A DNA stretch of 32,784 bases from Bdellovibrionota bacterium (lineage in GTDB: Bacteria; Bdellovibrionota_C; UBA2361; JBIKWN01), in the NCBI GenBank assembly GCA_044356295.1, contig JBIKWN010000025.1, forward strand, positions 1 to 32,784, given 5' to 3'. A program made the translations under genes and the position numbers. This document shows positions 18,204 to 28,391 of the stretch, piece by piece (position 1 is the stretch's first letter; each line of letters starts with the position of its first letter). Below the pieces are notes generated by a model, which saw only the letters and a list, made by a program, of their open reading frames with translations, was not told the DNA's origin and did not search any database.

Positions 18204-19535
18204 GTGCCAATTTTCTTTGAATTAAAAACTTTCCTCTTGCCCGTGCTGTTTATTTGCTCGCTGTGGGTGTGGTATCGGTGTGTAAGGTATGACTCTAGGG
18301 TGATGCTATTTGGTGGGGGTGGCTATCTCTTGTTTGCTGCGGTTTATACTTGGTATACCCCTTTATCGGTCAGAAGCAATGATTGGGAAGACCATCTAAA
18401 ATATGTACTATTCGTTTCTCGTAATTGGACAATTCCGCCAGTAGGAGCAGGATGCGAATTTCATCAATCGCCTCTGTACTATTTTATTGCCGCAACATTG
18501 AGCGACCTAACAACGAAAGAAAATATCCCATCGATTCTTCAGTCACTCTCATACGTAATTATCGCTCTATCTATTTCAGTATATTATAAGATTGTTTTCT
18601 TAAGTTTCCCCCTTGCTACACAAGTGAAACAAAGGATCTTTAGTTTTTGGCCCTGGCTTATATTGCCTGCGAGCGTGTGGAGTTTTTCGAGAGTAACCAA
18701 TGATAGTCTTTTTACAGCATGTTCTTTTTTATTCATTTATTCTTTACAGCAGTGGTCTATAAACCAACGAACAAAATATTTTTTGCAGACACTACTCTAT
18801 GTAGTGATTGCAGTTTTAATAAAAAAAACTGCTTTTTTACTTGTTGCTATCTTTTTCATCTCGATTTTTTATTTTAATCGAAAAAAATTAGTACAGCAGA
18901 TGCTCTTTCACAGTTCTATTTTACTAGTCTCTCTTTTTGCAGGTACAGGTTGGTATTTTTTAGAGCGATATTTTTTTAACACACAACATGCATTCCTTGA
19001 TATTGAATCCTGTATAAATAGTCGTTTCGAAATGCCATTTCAAATAAATCACTTTATTCATTTCTCATTATCAAATATTTGGGCATCGCCGTGGGCGTTT
19101 CCCACTTCGACTAATCCTAATAGAGTGTATTTTTGGGAGTATTTAATTTCTTCTTCATGTTTTTCTTATTGGACAGGGGGGAATGTTATAAAATCTATTG
19201 CTTCGCCTGTTGTCATGGGTACGACTTTTTTTGTTTCTATACTCTTTCTATCTTTCTTTCTGCTTCGCATATTCAGAAACACGGCTACTCATTTATTTTT
19301 GTTAGTATCGTTCATAGGTATTGCCGGTCTGATAGCGCTACGTATTGATAGCCCATACCCATGGCATCAAGATTATCGCCTGATATTTTTCACCCTTCCT
19401 GCTTTCGGCATTTTAGGTGCCCATGTTCTTAGTCATAATAAATATCTAGATAGATGTCTTTGGGTGCTTTTTATTCTTCTGTTATGTGGGTCAGTCATTG
19501 CAAACGTCTCTCTTTTATTAGGATTTCAAACGTAG
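18204..19535 (+). CDS. GT-C fold glycosyltransferase-like (GT39-like) membrane protein
   Basis: RSNDWEDH..YV, HQSPLYY, VTND, K and QDYR motifs; many TM segments. Confidence 0.72.
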   Translation: MPIFFELKTFLLPVLFICSLWVWYRCVRYDSRVMLFGGGGYLLFAAVYTWYTPLSVRSNDWEDHLKYVLFVSRNWTIPPVGAGCEFHQSPLYYFIAATLSDLTTKENIPSILQSLSYVIIALSISVYYKIVFLSFPLATQVKQRIFSFWPWLILPASVWSFSRVTNDSLFTACSFLFIYSLQQWSINQRTKYFLQTLLYVVIAVLIKKTAFLLVAIFFISIFYFNRKKLVQQMLFHSSILLVSLFAGTGWYFLERYFFNTQHAFLDIESCINSRFEMPFQINHFIHFSLSNIWASPWAFPTSTNPNRVYFWEYLISSSCFSYWTGGNVIKSIASPVVMGTTFFVSILFLSFFLLRIFRNTATHLFLLVSFIGIAGLIALRIDSPYPWHQDYRLIFFTLPAFGILGAHVLSHNKYLDRCLWVLFILLLCGSVIANVSLLLGFQT

Positions 19536-19603
19536 GTTTTGTCTAATTCGTCAATTTTAGTTGGTCTTTAAAATTACAATTCTTTCGGATACAGTAAGCC
19601 ATT

Positions 19604-20626
19604 ATGAAACAGCTCACTGGCCTGTTCTCGTTCCTCCTCGTTTTAACCGCAGTCATCACTGCCATTGGCTTTGTCTTTGGTACCCGTATTCCCCCAGGGT
19701 ATGTTGGCGTCAAACAGATTCTTGTTGGCCCAGACCAAGGGTATCAACCTGATGCGCTGACTCCTGGTTTTTATGCTTCGATTCCATACCGTTCAAGAAT
19801 TCATGTCCTTCCTGCCCGCGTACAAATCTTGCCGGTTTCAAAATCTGGATATCAGGCACTGGGGAAAGATGGGCTTGATGTTACTACTTCTGATGGTAAC
19901 TATGTTTCTGTTGCTGCATCTGTTGTGTATTCACTTTTTCAGAGTAATAAAGATGGTCAAGATGGCGCACATGGTGGGCCTTCGGATCTGATTGCTAAGC
20001 TTGGATTATCAGAGGGTGCTTGGAAGAATCAAATAATTAGTGTGGCAAGTGATAAGCTTATTAGGAATCTTAGTAGCCTTACTGCATCACAGTTTTATGA
20101 TCCTTTTAAACGTAATGAAAAATTATTACAGGCACAATCAGAAGTTCGCGATACGTTAAAATCATACGGTATTAATGTTTCGCAGATCCTTTTAGATCAT
20201 TACGAATATGTTGATAAAAGAATTGATGAAGCAATTTTTCGAAAAAATATCCAAAATCTTGAAGAAAAACTTAATGAACAAAAAAGTAAACTCGCTGAAG
20301 CTGGAGCGAAACTTGAACAGGTTTCCGCTGAAGCTGATGCACGAATCGAAAATTTAAGAGTTGAGGGTACTAATAAGTCCTTGGTTATTCGCTCTGAAGC
20401 TGAGTTGTTAGAGAAACAGAAACAGGCGCAGGGCGATCTTGAGTATGCAAAAGCTCAGGCTGAAGTTGACAGGTTAAAGGCTTCAGTAATGCAAAATGGT
20501 ACTGCTTCTAGTTTGTATGTTGCTAAAGAGATTGCTCCTTTGGTTGGCTCTTTAAAGGGCGGGATAATTGAGCAGATGGATCCTTATAATCTTGAGCAGT
20601 GGATGACTAAGCTTGAAGGGAAGTAG
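19604..20626 (+). CDS. SPFH (band 7/prohibitin, HflC/K-like) domain protein
   Basis: N-terminal TM, IPPGYVGV, PGFY, T.DG..V, coiled-coil C-terminus. Confidence 0.88.
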   Translation: MKQLTGLFSFLLVLTAVITAIGFVFGTRIPPGYVGVKQILVGPDQGYQPDALTPGFYASIPYRSRIHVLPARVQILPVSKSGYQALGKDGLDVTTSDGNYVSVAASVVYSLFQSNKDGQDGAHGGPSDLIAKLGLSEGAWKNQIISVASDKLIRNLSSLTASQFYDPFKRNEKLLQAQSEVRDTLKSYGINVSQILLDHYEYVDKRIDEAIFRKNIQNLEEKLNEQKSKLAEAGAKLEQVSAEADARIENLRVEGTNKSLVIRSEAELLEKQKQAQGDLEYAKAQAEVDRLKASVMQNGTASSLYVAKEIAPLVGSLKGGIIEQMDPYNLEQWMTKLEGK

Positions 20627-20648
20627 GAAACTTCTGGGGCTTTTTTTT

Positions 20649-20682
20649 CGTTCACGCCTACGCTCACGGTCATGCCTACGGG
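20649..20682. repeat. Hexamer-periodic REP-like element, single arm
   Basis: Reverse complement contains TGACCGTGAGCGTAGGCGTGAACG, a 22/24 match to the arm at 32714-32737. Confidence 0.75.
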
Positions 20683-20700
20683 AGAAAGGGGACAATATGA

Positions 20701-22305
20701 TCAACGAAGACTCCTAAAAGAATTCTTCTGTACTGCTTCCTGAAATAAGTGGCAATCTGACAGGTAGTTCAAACTGTTTCTAACACCAGGAATCAGGTGG
20801 GAACACCCTGCTTCATAAGTCTGTCTGGATGGCAGTAGCATGAAGTCACCCTTATTATAGACAGCGATATGAGCCCGAAATACAAAGAAAGTAACCAATA
20901 AGACCAAGCAACTGGTCGCCAGTTCTAGTTTAAAATTTGATCTTTTAAATAGTAACCATAAAGGAATGATGACTGAAATTATTAGGCAGACTTCTACATA
21001 TATCCAGTAGTAGCTTACTAGTGGAAAGTCTGGCCATCTGAAGAGAAGGAAAAATACAACGACGAAAGTATAGAGCAGTGTGATTGCCTGTAGGAGGAAA
21101 AAAAATAATATTTTTTGGATTCTGATACAGCTGGCTTTGTACAATAGATACACACAAGAAAAAACTGATAGAGCAATCATCATGTGAACAACGAGCAGAT
21201 TTATTTTATCAATATCGTTATAAAATAGAGTAGAGAATGTTCTAAAGAAGGCACGGTAATAAAATTCAATTGCCATATCCTTATTAAGTACCGGACAGTT
21301 GTTGAGATTGCACATATCTGTCATGCGGTCGACAAGATTAAGAATCGTCCAGTGTGGGACAGCAGTGAAGGGGAACTGGATAAACAGATATCCAATTCCG
21401 GTTCCGCTTAGGATGCAAGTAACTGCAAGATATAAAGGAATGTTACTGCCGTAAGTTACTACACCCGCAAGCATGAGTGTGAAAAAGCCAAACAATAAAT
21501 GATACCGATGGAACTCATATATAGGCACAGTGTCGAGAAGCATTGGAATCAGGAAACAAAGTGCGGTGAGGGTAATAATGCTTTTGTACCGCAGATTATA
21601 GATGTAGCTATTTCTTCCCTGGAGTAGTGTTTGAAGCGCTGGAATGATCAGAAAAATAGGCATCAAAAGTACAGCCTGAATTTTGCTGGCAAGTTGCATG
21701 TAGATAAGTATTCCAAGAATTACTAGGTATAGAGCTCTAAGATTCAAACTGCGCTCTCGTCCTTGCAGTACAATGACTAGAACCGAGCACCACCATAAAG
21801 CGATGGATAGGTTCTCGGTCCGAACGATAATACTTTCCAGGAAAACTCCGTGTCCCAATGCGTATAGTGTTCCAGTTAAAAATCCGATGAATATACTTCT
21901 CGTGATAAGTCCAATGCTTAGTGAGCAGATCAACACAGTGAAAACAGTGAGCGTTGTTGAGAGAAGTCGTGCTTTAGCTATAAGTGTCGCAATGGCATCT
22001 TGAAAGTCAGCTGCAGTATGTAGTTGTTGAAAAGTGACAGAAGAATGTCCGCCAAAAAAGCTAAGCAAATTGTTCCACAAATAAATCGCCAATATGGGAA
22101 AGTACCCGGGATGATCAAGGTATTCCAGATTTTTGCCATTTGCGAATCCCATAGCAGAGGAGGAAAGATGAATGTCTTGATCACCGAATTGAAAAAAAGG
22201 AATCCAGACTCCAATCTGTAGGCGATAGGAAATGATGATACTTACCGGCACCAGAATTAGGAACCAGTGCCATGATGAGCGGATGCTGTTTAGTAGTTTC
22301 TCCAT
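20701..22305 (-). CDS. Polytopic membrane protein, probable GT-C fold glycosyltransferase
   Basis: GDQD and YLDHPGY in the first loop, RTE, SKIQA; many hydrophobic segments. Confidence 0.62.
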   Translation of the reverse strand: MEKLLNSIRSSWHWFLILVPVSIIISYRLQIGVWIPFFQFGDQDIHLSSSAMGFANGKNLEYLDHPGYFPILAIYLWNNLLSFFGGHSSVTFQQLHTAADFQDAIATLIAKARLLSTTLTVFTVLICSLSIGLITRSIFIGFLTGTLYALGHGVFLESIIVRTENLSIALWWCSVLVIVLQGRERSLNLRALYLVILGILIYMQLASKIQAVLLMPIFLIIPALQTLLQGRNSYIYNLRYKSIITLTALCFLIPMLLDTVPIYEFHRYHLLFGFFTLMLAGVVTYGSNIPLYLAVTCILSGTGIGYLFIQFPFTAVPHWTILNLVDRMTDMCNLNNCPVLNKDMAIEFYYRAFFRTFSTLFYNDIDKINLLVVHMMIALSVFSCVYLLYKASCIRIQKILFFFLLQAITLLYTFVVVFFLLFRWPDFPLVSYYWIYVEVCLIISVIIPLWLLFKRSNFKLELATSCLVLLVTFFVFRAHIAVYNKGDFMLLPSRQTYEAGCSHLIPGVRNSLNYLSDCHLFQEAVQKNSFRSLR

Positions 22306-22778
22306 TCCTTTGTCCAGATTGCCAGAGCGGAATATTGACGCTTGGAATCAAACAGCTCAGGAAAAAGTCCGATTGCTTCATAATATTCGGGGACATTCTG
22401 AGCGATGACTTTATAGTGACTGCCGTCTGATATGTATAAATATTGGTGTTTACAGTCTTTGTCGTTTCTTGGGTCGTTGGGCAAGCTTTCAATATATTTT
22501 GGAGCAAGCCCTGGAATCCAATCTGGCGTCGATGCGCCCCAGCAACTTATTAATCCGTTGTAATTGGAGCTCAGCGGATATTTTTGATTTTCAATGTAGT
22601 AATCATGGAGCGCCTTTTGGATTTTGAGTAGATCCGAGACTCTGGAGCTTCTAGTTGTTTTTAGATACTCAGTTCGTTTTGCTTGAAGTGAGAAAGGTGA
22701 ATACCAGTAGATTAGGGCAATTAAAGATAAAACGATAACACTGAGAACGAAGTGTATCGCTGGGGATTTGTAACTCAT
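22290..22778 (-). CDS. GspG-like / type IV pilin-like domain protein lacking a canonical prepilin site
   Basis: R.SDL..IQKAL..YY..N..YP, L.PKYI..LP.DP and Y.Y.SDG..Y motifs; two Cys; N-terminal TM. Confidence 0.78.
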   Translation of the reverse strand: MSYKSPAIHFVLSVIVLSLIALIYWYSPFSLQAKRTEYLKTTRSSRVSDLLKIQKALHDYYIENQKYPLSSNYNGLISCWGASTPDWIPGLAPKYIESLPNDPRNDKDCKHQYLYISDGSHYKVIAQNVPEYYEAIGLFPELFDSKRQYSALAIWTKEWRNY

Positions 22779-22906
22779 CTGGTTGAGATTATTATCAAAA
22801 GGGGATGGTCTTCCAAGGGTAAATAAGTTTTTGTGCTGTGGGGCTTATGAGCTTTACTTTTAGCATGACTAGACTTGAGGATGCTGAAAAGCGAACTTTT
22901 TCGAAG

Positions 22907-22935
22907 CTGACTAAAGTCATTTATTAATGTATGCT
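22907..22935 (+). promoter_or_regulatory. Candidate TA promoter CTGACT-N17-TATGCT with palindrome TGACT-AA-AGTCA over the -35 box
   Basis: Palindrome at 22908-22919; TAAGGAG ribosome-binding site before ATG 22963. Confidence 0.4.
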
Positions 22936-22962
22936 GATAGTAGTCTTGTCTAAGGAGATTAA

Positions 22963-23232
22963 ATGCCAGTTTTATCAATGTTCTACGGAATCATTGTAGC
23001 GATGTATTTCGCAGATACTAAGCGACACAATCGCCCGCATATTCATGTAAAGTTTCAAGATAGCGAAGCTGTATACGGGATTCCCGAAGGCGACCTCATA
23101 GAAGGTAGTATTCCACTTGGTAAGGCAAGACTTGTAGCCGCTTGGATTGAATTACATAAAGACGATCTGATGGCCAACTGGGAACTCGCTTCGCAGAGTC
23201 AGCCAATTTTTAAAATTGATCCTCTCAGATAG
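22963..23232 (+). CDS. DUF4160 family protein (DhiT-like putative toxin)
   Basis: MP.LSMFYGI.V.MYF.D...HNRPHIHV..LV.AWIELH..DLMANW..IDPL. Confidence 0.92.
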   Translation: MPVLSMFYGIIVAMYFADTKRHNRPHIHVKFQDSEAVYGIPEGDLIEGSIPLGKARLVAAWIELHKDDLMANWELASQSQPIFKIDPLR

Positions 23233-23240
23233 GTAACGCT

Positions 23241-23480
23241 ATGAATCCTAGAATCAATAAAGTAATACCGAACGAAGACTATACACTTATTCTTCATTTT
23301 ACGAATGGTGAAGTGAAAAAATATGATGTTCGACCTCTCTTAGATAAGGGGGTTTTTAATCAACTCAAAGATCTATCAATCTTCAAACAAGTTCATATTG
23401 CATATGGAACAGTTGAATGGCCTGGTGAAATTGATATCTGCCCCGATACGCTCTATGAAGATGGGCTGACAATATATTAA
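23241..23480 (+). CDS. DUF2442 family protein (DhiA-like putative antitoxin)
   Basis: V.P..DY.L.L.F.NGE.K.YD..GVF..LKD...F..V..TVEW..EIDICPDTLY; follows DUF4160. Confidence 0.92.
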   Translation: MNPRINKVIPNEDYTLILHFTNGEVKKYDVRPLLDKGVFNQLKDLSIFKQVHIAYGTVEWPGEIDICPDTLYEDGLTIY

Positions 23481-23584
23481 GCCAGACAACTACGGGATCG
23501 AAAAGATTTACGCCATTTGAATTCTGATGGAGTGATTCGTGTCGTTTTGGGCGAGGCATTGATGCGCACTTCAAAACCATTAAG

Positions 23585-23609
23585 AAAACTGGCACCTACC
23601 CAGTTTTTT
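23585..23609 (+). terminator. Weak intrinsic terminator-like hairpin AAAACTGG-N7-CCAGTTTTTT
   Basis: 8-bp stem ending in a T-run, downstream of the TA pair. Confidence 0.4.
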
Positions 23610-23626
23610 GAGTAGGATACCCCTTC

Positions 23627-24748
23627 ATGAACCCCATGAATCGCTCCTCTCTAAAAGCTCTTTTTTTATCCTTATCCCTCATTTTACTTTCAGGCTGCGA
23701 CGCAGGACTGCATCAAATGGGCGCCACCGAATACGGTGTCATTTTCAGAAACCTTCCCAAATTTTTAGGTGGCGGTATCGCTTCAAAGGTTCATGAACCA
23801 GGTGCACTTGTGATCATCTATCCTTGGGAAGAGATGTTTAAAATTGATACATCGGTAAAGGAAATCACATGGGGTTTTACAAAAGAAGCTAACTATATTG
23901 CTGCACGAGCACTCGATGGAAATGAAGTAGCATTAGGTGTTTCGATTCGTTACCAAGTTCGTCCCGATGAAGCTGGGCTTAGAAAAATTATTGATGCAGT
24001 TGGCTATTCAGACGCTGATGTTGAAAATTTAGTGAGAGCTTCAACTACTGCAGCGGTAAGACTTTCAATGAATGAACTTCATACGAATGATTTTTTGAAA
24101 ACAGAAAGCCGGTATAAATCAGTCGATGCGGTAAAGGCAAACTTAAATAATCAGCTCAATCCTTTAAACATTGAAGTGACATCAATCAATATGGATGATT
24201 TCCGATTCGAGAGAACTCTTGAAGATGGAAAAATAGATGCAAGCTATCAAGATAAGCTCAATGAAACCCAAAGAATTCGTGAAGAAACAGAACGTGAAAA
24301 AGCTCGAGTCGACACAATTATTGCTCAAAAACAACAAGAGCTTAATGATGTTCAAGCGAAAGTGAATCGTGAAGTCGCTGAAGCTGACGGATATAAAAAA
24401 CAGGCTGAAACGCGCGGAGAGGCTTATTTTGCGGCTCGAAAAAATGAGGCTCAAAGTGTTCTTGCTGTTGGAAAAGCTTCAGCAGAAGGGCTTTCTGAGA
24501 AGGTAATGGCACTCTCAGGTACTGGTGGAAGGGCGCTTTTAAAGCTTGAAATCGCTAAAAATCTTATTGCCGCTAATCCTAAATTCATTGTTGTTGGTTC
24601 GGGTCAACAAGGTAATGCTTTGGATGTGAAGCGTACCGATGTAAATGATCTGTTGATGCAAGCTGGTATCTTTGAAGGAATGCAAACACGATCTACAATA
24701 CCCGAGGCTACTAAGCCTTTAGCTAACTCATCGGGCGCTAAAAATTAA
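23627..24748 (+). CDS. SPFH domain lipoprotein (partner of 19604-20626)
   Basis: LSGC lipobox, TEYGV, PG.....PW, A.DG.EV..V.IRY, coiled coil with EA.GY. Confidence 0.88.
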   Translation: MNPMNRSSLKALFLSLSLILLSGCDAGLHQMGATEYGVIFRNLPKFLGGGIASKVHEPGALVIIYPWEEMFKIDTSVKEITWGFTKEANYIAARALDGNEVALGVSIRYQVRPDEAGLRKIIDAVGYSDADVENLVRASTTAAVRLSMNELHTNDFLKTESRYKSVDAVKANLNNQLNPLNIEVTSINMDDFRFERTLEDGKIDASYQDKLNETQRIREETEREKARVDTIIAQKQQELNDVQAKVNREVAEADGYKKQAETRGEAYFAARKNEAQSVLAVGKASAEGLSEKVMALSGTGGRALLKLEIAKNLIAANPKFIVVGSGQQGNALDVKRTDVNDLLMQAGIFEGMQTRSTIPEATKPLANSSGAKN

Positions 24749-24779
24749 AATTTTTAAATTCGTTTTTTAAGAGAAAATT

Positions 24780-25703
24780 ATGGCACGTAAAAAAATTGCG
24801 TTAATCGGAGCAGGACAAATCGGTGGAACTCTTGCATTGCTTTCAATGACAAGAAATCTTGGTGATGTTGTTTTGTTTGATGTCGTTCCGGATATGCCGC
24901 AAGGAAAAGCTTTAGATCTTTCTCACCTTGCTCCTGTTTTCGGTTGTAACAGTAACGTGAAAGGTACCAACGATATGAAAGATATCGCTGGTGCGGATGT
25001 TTGTGTTGTTACTTCAGGTATTCCACGTAAGCCTGGGATGAGCCGCGATGATCTGATTAAAACCAATGCTGAAATTATTACAAGTGTTGGACAGGGTATT
25101 AAACAATACGCACCGAATGCTTTAGTTATCGTTATTACTAATCCTCTCGATATTATGACTGCATTGATGCAGCGAGTTACTGGATTTCCTTCAAATCGTG
25201 TGGTCGGTATGGCAGGGGTTCTTGATACTGCGCGTTACCAAGCATTCCTTGCTGCGGAACTTAATGTTTCAGTTACAAGTGTTTCTGCATTCGTACTCGG
25301 TGGTCATGGTGATGACATGGTTCCAGTTCGTTCATATACAACTGTTGGCGGAATTCCAGTTGAGAAAATGCTTTCAACTGAAAAACTTGATGCAATTGAA
25401 AAAAGAGTTCGCGGCGCTGGCGGCGAAGTTGTTGCATTGCTTAAAACTGGTTCTGCTTTTTACAGCCCTGCAGCATCAGCAATACAAATGGTTGAAGCGT
25501 ATTTGTTCGATGAAAAAAGAATTCTTGCAGCTGCAGCTCATATGACTGGTCAGTACGGACTTAAAGATATCTATATCGGTGTTCCAGTACTTATGGGAGC
25601 AGGTGGAGTTGAAAAAGTTATTGAAATTGAACTTACTGAAAATGAGAAGAAACTTCTTAACGAATCTGCAGGCAGAATCGTTGATATTATGAAACTAGTT
25701 TAA
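24780..25703 (+). CDS. mdh: Malate dehydrogenase (LDH-like type)
   Basis: GAGQIG, PRKPGMSRDDL, NPLD, AGVLD.AR, LGGHGD and GSAFYSP motifs. Confidence 0.97.
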   Translation: MARKKIALIGAGQIGGTLALLSMTRNLGDVVLFDVVPDMPQGKALDLSHLAPVFGCNSNVKGTNDMKDIAGADVCVVTSGIPRKPGMSRDDLIKTNAEIITSVGQGIKQYAPNALVIVITNPLDIMTALMQRVTGFPSNRVVGMAGVLDTARYQAFLAAELNVSVTSVSAFVLGGHGDDMVPVRSYTTVGGIPVEKMLSTEKLDAIEKRVRGAGGEVVALLKTGSAFYSPAASAIQMVEAYLFDEKRILAAAAHMTGQYGLKDIYIGVPVLMGAGGVEKVIEIELTENEKKLLNESAGRIVDIMKLV

Positions 25704-25719
25704 TCAAAGTGGTGATGTA

Positions 25720-26448
25720 ATGTGTTGCGATTTCTATCGTTCGACGGTCGGTAAAAAAGTAGTGATGGCAATCACCGGTCTGATGATGATCGGGTTTGTC
25801 ATTGGTCATATGGCTGGAAATTTAAAAGTATTTCTTGGCTTTGATTCATATGGCGTCGCTGCCCTTGATTACTATGCGCTGCACTTGAGGCAAATTGGTG
25901 AAGAGCTTCTTGGATATGAAAATTTCCTTTGGATTGCGCGTGGTGGATTAATCGTTGCATTGTTTTTACATGTGGCTTCAGCAATCTCACTTGCACAAAG
26001 AAATGCTGCTGCACGAACGCAAGGGTATGCTGTTACTAAATATAATTCTGCAAGTGTTACGTCACTGACTATGAAAGTTGGTGGATTGATTATTCTTTTC
26101 TTTATTATTTTTCATATTCTTCATTTTACTACTGGCACTCTTCATACCCATGGCTTTAAAGAAGGTTTCGTATACGAAAATGTGTACAACGCTTTCCAAC
26201 ACGGTTGGGTCGTTGCGATTTATATAATTGCAATGTTGTCAGTTGGATTTCATTTGTATCACGGTACATGGTCAGTTTTTCAAACGCTTGGAATTGATAG
26301 CAAGGGATGGAATTGTACGCTTCGGCTTATTGCAAAAGGAGTTGCAGTTGTTGTTGCAGTTGGATTTATGGCAGCGCCTTTGAGTTTTTATGCTGGGGTA
26401 TTGCCTCCGCCTACTGGGAAAAGTGTTGTTTATCCCTATGGACACTAG
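25720..26448 (+). CDS. sdhC: Succinate dehydrogenase cytochrome b subunit (b558 family, single 5-TM anchor)
   Basis: STVGKK..MAITG, HMAGNL, FHILHF and FHLYHG.WS.FQTLG motifs. Confidence 0.95.
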   Translation: MCCDFYRSTVGKKVVMAITGLMMIGFVIGHMAGNLKVFLGFDSYGVAALDYYALHLRQIGEELLGYENFLWIARGGLIVALFLHVASAISLAQRNAAARTQGYAVTKYNSASVTSLTMKVGGLIILFFIIFHILHFTTGTLHTHGFKEGFVYENVYNAFQHGWVVAIYIIAMLSVGFHLYHGTWSVFQTLGIDSKGWNCTLRLIAKGVAVVVAVGFMAAPLSFYAGVLPPPTGKSVVYPYGH

Positions 26449-26477
26449 CATTTTAGATTTTGATTAGAATAAATTAT

Positions 26478-28391
26478 ATGCAACTCGATTCAAAAATACC
26501 TTCAGGACCAATTGATAAGAAATGGGAAAAGCATTGCTTCGACATGAAGCTTGTTAACCCTGCTAATAAACGAAAATTTGAAATTATTGTTGTTGGTTCA
26601 GGACTTGCGGGGGCGAGTGCAGCAGCAAGCTTTGGTGAGCTCGGCTATAATGTGCAGTGTTATTGTTTTCAAGATTCACCACGAAGAGCACACAGTATCG
26701 CTGCACAAGGTGGTATTAATGCTGCAAAAAATTATAGAAATGATGGTGATAGCGTTTATCGGTTGTTTTATGACACGGTAAAGGGTGGTGATTTTAGAGC
26801 CCGTGAAGCTAACGTTTATCGATTGGCTGAAAACTCGGTAAAAATTATTGACCAATGCGTTGCACAAGGTGTTCCCTTTGCTCGTGAATACGGTGGACTG
26901 TTGGATAACAGATCTTTTGGTGGAGCTCAGGTTTCAAGAACTTTTTATGCTCGAGGTCAAACTGGACAACAGCTACTTCTTGGTGCGTATCAAGCACTTG
27001 AAAGACAGATTGCTGCAGGATCAGTAAAAATGTTTTCTAAATCCGAGATGCTTGATGTTGTTGTAATCGATGGAAAGGCGCGAGGAATAATTGTTCGTGA
27101 TCTTATTACAGGCAAGATTGAATCACGCGTTGCTGATGCAGTGGTACTTGCTACTGGTGGTTATTCTACTGTCTTTTATCTCTCAACAAATGCAAAAGGA
27201 TGTAACGTTACTTCGACATACCGTGCATTTAAAAAAGGAGCAGGTTTTGCTAATCCGTGTTTTACACAGATTCATCCAACCTGTATTCCAGTTGCAGGCG
27301 ACCATCAATCAAAACTGACCTTGATGAGTGAATCGTTAAGAAATGATGGACGAATTTGGGTTCCCAAAAACAAAGGCGACAAACGTCCGGCAGCTTCAAT
27401 TCCAGAAAGTGAGCGTGACTATTATCTAGAAAGAAAATATCCAAGCTACGGAAATCTTTCTCCGCGTGATATTGCTTCGAGAAGTGCAAAAGAAGTATGT
27501 GATGAAGGGTACGGCGTTGGTCCTGGAGGACAAGGTGTCTTTCTTGATTTTGCAGATTCAATTCAACGACTCGGTCAAAAAACAGTCGAAGCACGGTATG
27601 GAAACCTTTTCGACATGTATTCACAGATTACAGGGGAAAATCCTTATGAAATGCCGATGCGAATCTATCCAGCTCCTCACTACACGATGGGTGGACTGTG
27701 GGTTGATTATAATTTAATGACAACAATACCTGGATTATTTGCAATCGGAGAAGCAAATTTCTCTGACCACGGTGCCAACCGTTTAGGGGCGAGCGCTTTG
27801 ATGCAAGGATTATCTGATGGTTACTTTGTAATTCCGTATACGATCGGCGACTACCTAGCCCGAGTAGGTAATCAAAAAGTATCTGCTGATCATGCAGAAT
27901 TCAAAAAAGCTGAATCAGAGGTCAATGCTCAGCTCAACAAATTCCTTTCAACAAAAGGAAAACGTTCAGCTGATTCGTTCCATAAAGAGCTTGGACGCTT
28001 GATGTGGGACAAATGCGGAATGGCAAGAAACAAGGCAGGACTTGAGTACGCAATTAAAAAAATTCCTGAAATTAGAGAAGAATTTCATAAAAATATTTCA
28101 GTTCCTGGAAGTGGTGCCGACATTAATCAGGAACTTGAAAAAGCAGGGCGTGTTGCTGATTTCTTAGAATTTGGAGCTCTTATGTGCACTGATGCGTTGA
28201 CCCGTGAGGAATCCTGCGGTGGGCACTTCCGTGAAGAACATCAAACTGAAGACGGCGAAGCGAAACGTGATGACCAAAACTATTGCTTCTCGAGTGTATG
28301 GGAGTACGGTGGTGCACCCGAGAAGTTCATTCTTAATAAAGAATCACTCGAATTTGAAAATGTAAAACTTGCTACACGGAGCTATAAATAA
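26478..28391 (+). CDS. sdhA: Succinate dehydrogenase/fumarate reductase flavoprotein subunit
   Basis: [37 protein letters not shown] and REESCGGH motifs; ATG 26478 preferred over TTG 26460. Confidence 0.97.
   Translation: MQLDSKIPSGPIDKKWEKHCFDMKLVNPANKRKFEIIVVGSGLAGASAAASFGELGYNVQCYCFQDSPRRAHSIAAQGGINAAKNYRNDGDSVYRLFYDTVKGGDFRAREANVYRLAENSVKIIDQCVAQGVPFAREYGGLLDNRSFGGAQVSRTFYARGQTGQQLLLGAYQALERQIAAGSVKMFSKSEMLDVVVIDGKARGIIVRDLITGKIESRVADAVVLATGGYSTVFYLSTNAKGCNVTSTYRAFKKGAGFANPCFTQIHPTCIPVAGDHQSKLTLMSESLRNDGRIWVPKNKGDKRPAASIPESERDYYLERKYPSYGNLSPRDIASRSAKEVCDEGYGVGPGGQGVFLDFADSIQRLGQKTVEARYGNLFDMYSQITGENPYEMPMRIYPAPHYTMGGLWVDYNLMTTIPGLFAIGEANFSDHGANRLGASALMQGLSDGYFVIPYTIGDYLARVGNQKVSADHAEFKKAESEVNAQLNKFLSTKGKRSADSFHKELGRLMWDKCGMARNKAGLEYAIKKIPEIREEFHKNISVPGSGADINQELEKAGRVADFLEFGALMCTDALTREESCGGHFREEHQTEDGEAKRDDQNYCFSSVWEYGGAPEKFILNKESLEFENVKLATRSYK

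Noticed and set aside
22775..22978. 67-aa minus ORF upstream of the GspG-like gene as a missing prepilin leader
   Set aside because: No G|FxxxE motif or hydrophobic helix; spans the TA promoter region and is probably spurious
23383..23595. Short minus ORF containing MPRPKR, reminiscent of RAYT transposase N-termini
   Set aside because: No HUH or catalytic Tyr motifs; overlaps the DUF2442 gene antisense
11267..23626. Integron cassette array
   Set aside because: Genes alternate strands, several overlap, and I found no attC-like repeats or intI
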